Origin: an uncultured Acidimicrobiaceae bacterium | GTDB lineage: Bacteria; Actinomycetota; Acidimicrobiia; Acidimicrobiales; CAIXPF01 | Length of the DNA: 64,000 nucleotides | Direction of reading: 5' to 3' | NCBI GenBank assembly: GCA_963775055.1 | Contig: CAVZHK010000001.1 | Span: 333,402-397,401, forward strand | Shown: piece after piece, positions 63,539 through 64,000 of the stretch | Layout: each line of letters begins with the position of its first letter | How positions within the stretch are numbered: the first letter of the stretch is position 1 | The notes under the pieces: generated by a model | The model's database searches: none | What the model saw: only the letters and a program-made list of their open reading frames with translations | What the model was told of the DNA's origin: nothing | Made by a program: the position numbers and the translations under genes

Positions 63539-64000
63539 ATGGTGGAGTTGAGTGTCCGAGGTGTCCCCAATCTGCGTAGTGCGCTCACGCGTCGGCGTGG
63601 CCGCAGCATGCTGACGGTCATGGCCGCCGGTGTTGTGCTGTTTGCCGGCGCCTGTGGCGGCCGCTCCAGCAGCACTGGCGTCGCCACGCTGGCCGGCGCG
63701 AGCACCGATAGCGCCACGGCGGGCGCGGATCAGACACCGGAGCAGGCGGCGTTGGCCTTTGCGGCCTGCATGCGTGATAACGGTGTTGCGGATTTCCCGG
63801 ATCCGACCGTGGGCGCGGACGGCAACGTGGAGTTTGGTGGTGGTTTCGGTGGCGGCCAGCGGGATAACCCCGATTTCCGCACCGCCATGGATACCTGCCG
63901 CCAGGAGCTCGGCACGACCGGTTTCGGCCCGGGTGGCCGGCAGGGCAACTTCGATCCCGCCGCTATCCAGGAAGCGATGCTGCCCTACACGCAGTGTCTG
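63539..64000 (+). CDS. putative lipoprotein (3' end beyond window)
   Basis: This frame is open to the window end and is absent from the ORF track because it has no stop. It has a signal peptide with a lipobox (MLTVMAAGVVLFAGACGG), then a Cys-containing secreted domain. ATG 63608 is an alternative start. Confidence 0.65.
   Translation, partial: MVELSVRGVPNLRSALTRRRGRSMLTVMAAGVVLFAGACGGRSSSTGVATLAGASTDSATAGADQTPEQAALAFAACMRDNGVADFPDPTVGADGNVEFGGGFGGGQRDNPDFRTAMDTCRQELGTTGFGPGGRQGNFDPAAIQEAMLPYTQCL

Noticed and set aside
63089-63540. A possible frame-broken minus-strand gene downstream of attR, with fragments ...AIAGIRAREDLHYSSVDDTAIVEKHKHG and ...LWRQLAADVQSHGDLEGLDRVPRDTVGKLL in adjacent frames.
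   Set aside because: The fragments are short and I recognise no family. The upstream part of the 183-aa ORF is antisense to the lipoprotein gene. The evidence is too weak to call, but a three-frame homology search would be worthwhile.

Overview
This is a high-GC, GC3-rich chromosomal segment of actinobacterial type. The taxon guess is inference only: a full mreBCD-mrdA-rodA set and a single clpP sit inside otherwise typical Actinomycetota synteny, which may point to an Acidimicrobiia-like lineage. I call about 60 protein genes and 2 tRNAs. I found no rRNA and no CRISPR.

The backbone is conserved housekeeping synteny, mostly on the minus strand: tig-clpP-clpX-folC, ndk-mreB-mreC-mreD-mrdA-rodA, a radical-SAM pair (TIGR03960/TIGR03936), rne-rplU-rpmA-obg-proB, and nadD-(LCP-like/LytR_C)-rsfS. 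The left 18 kb holds a DEAD-box helicase, hemolysin III and cspA, then a GGDEF-EAL enzyme and a block of acyl-CoA and small-molecule metabolism genes.

Accessory content:
1. 23.2-30.5 kb holds DUF169 and a MoxR-type AAA+/CoxE-type VWA pair. Divergent from these is a TerB-like/CbxX-type AAA+ ATPase, then a membrane coiled-coil protein, then PspA. This last triad is the best candidate for an undescribed system.
2. A 621-aa orphan GTPase-like P-loop protein lies between tRNA-Pro and tRNA-Gly.
3. A roughly 5.9-kb integrative island sits in the 3' half of tRNA-Gly. It is bounded by a perfect 44-bp direct repeat and has a nested 2.9-kb module bounded by a second, tRNA-like repeat.
4. A dispersed inverted-repeat motif (TTCCTCCGGTGACGAAA) occurs at two ORF-free loci.
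5. Short tandem arrays (6 to 19 bp units) are unusually dense, both intergenic and in-frame.

At least seven genes are broken by single-base frame changes, mostly at homopolymer runs. These look more like base-calling or assembly errors than decay, but they need read-level checks. All calls come from reading the translations and the DNA by eye. No database search was run.
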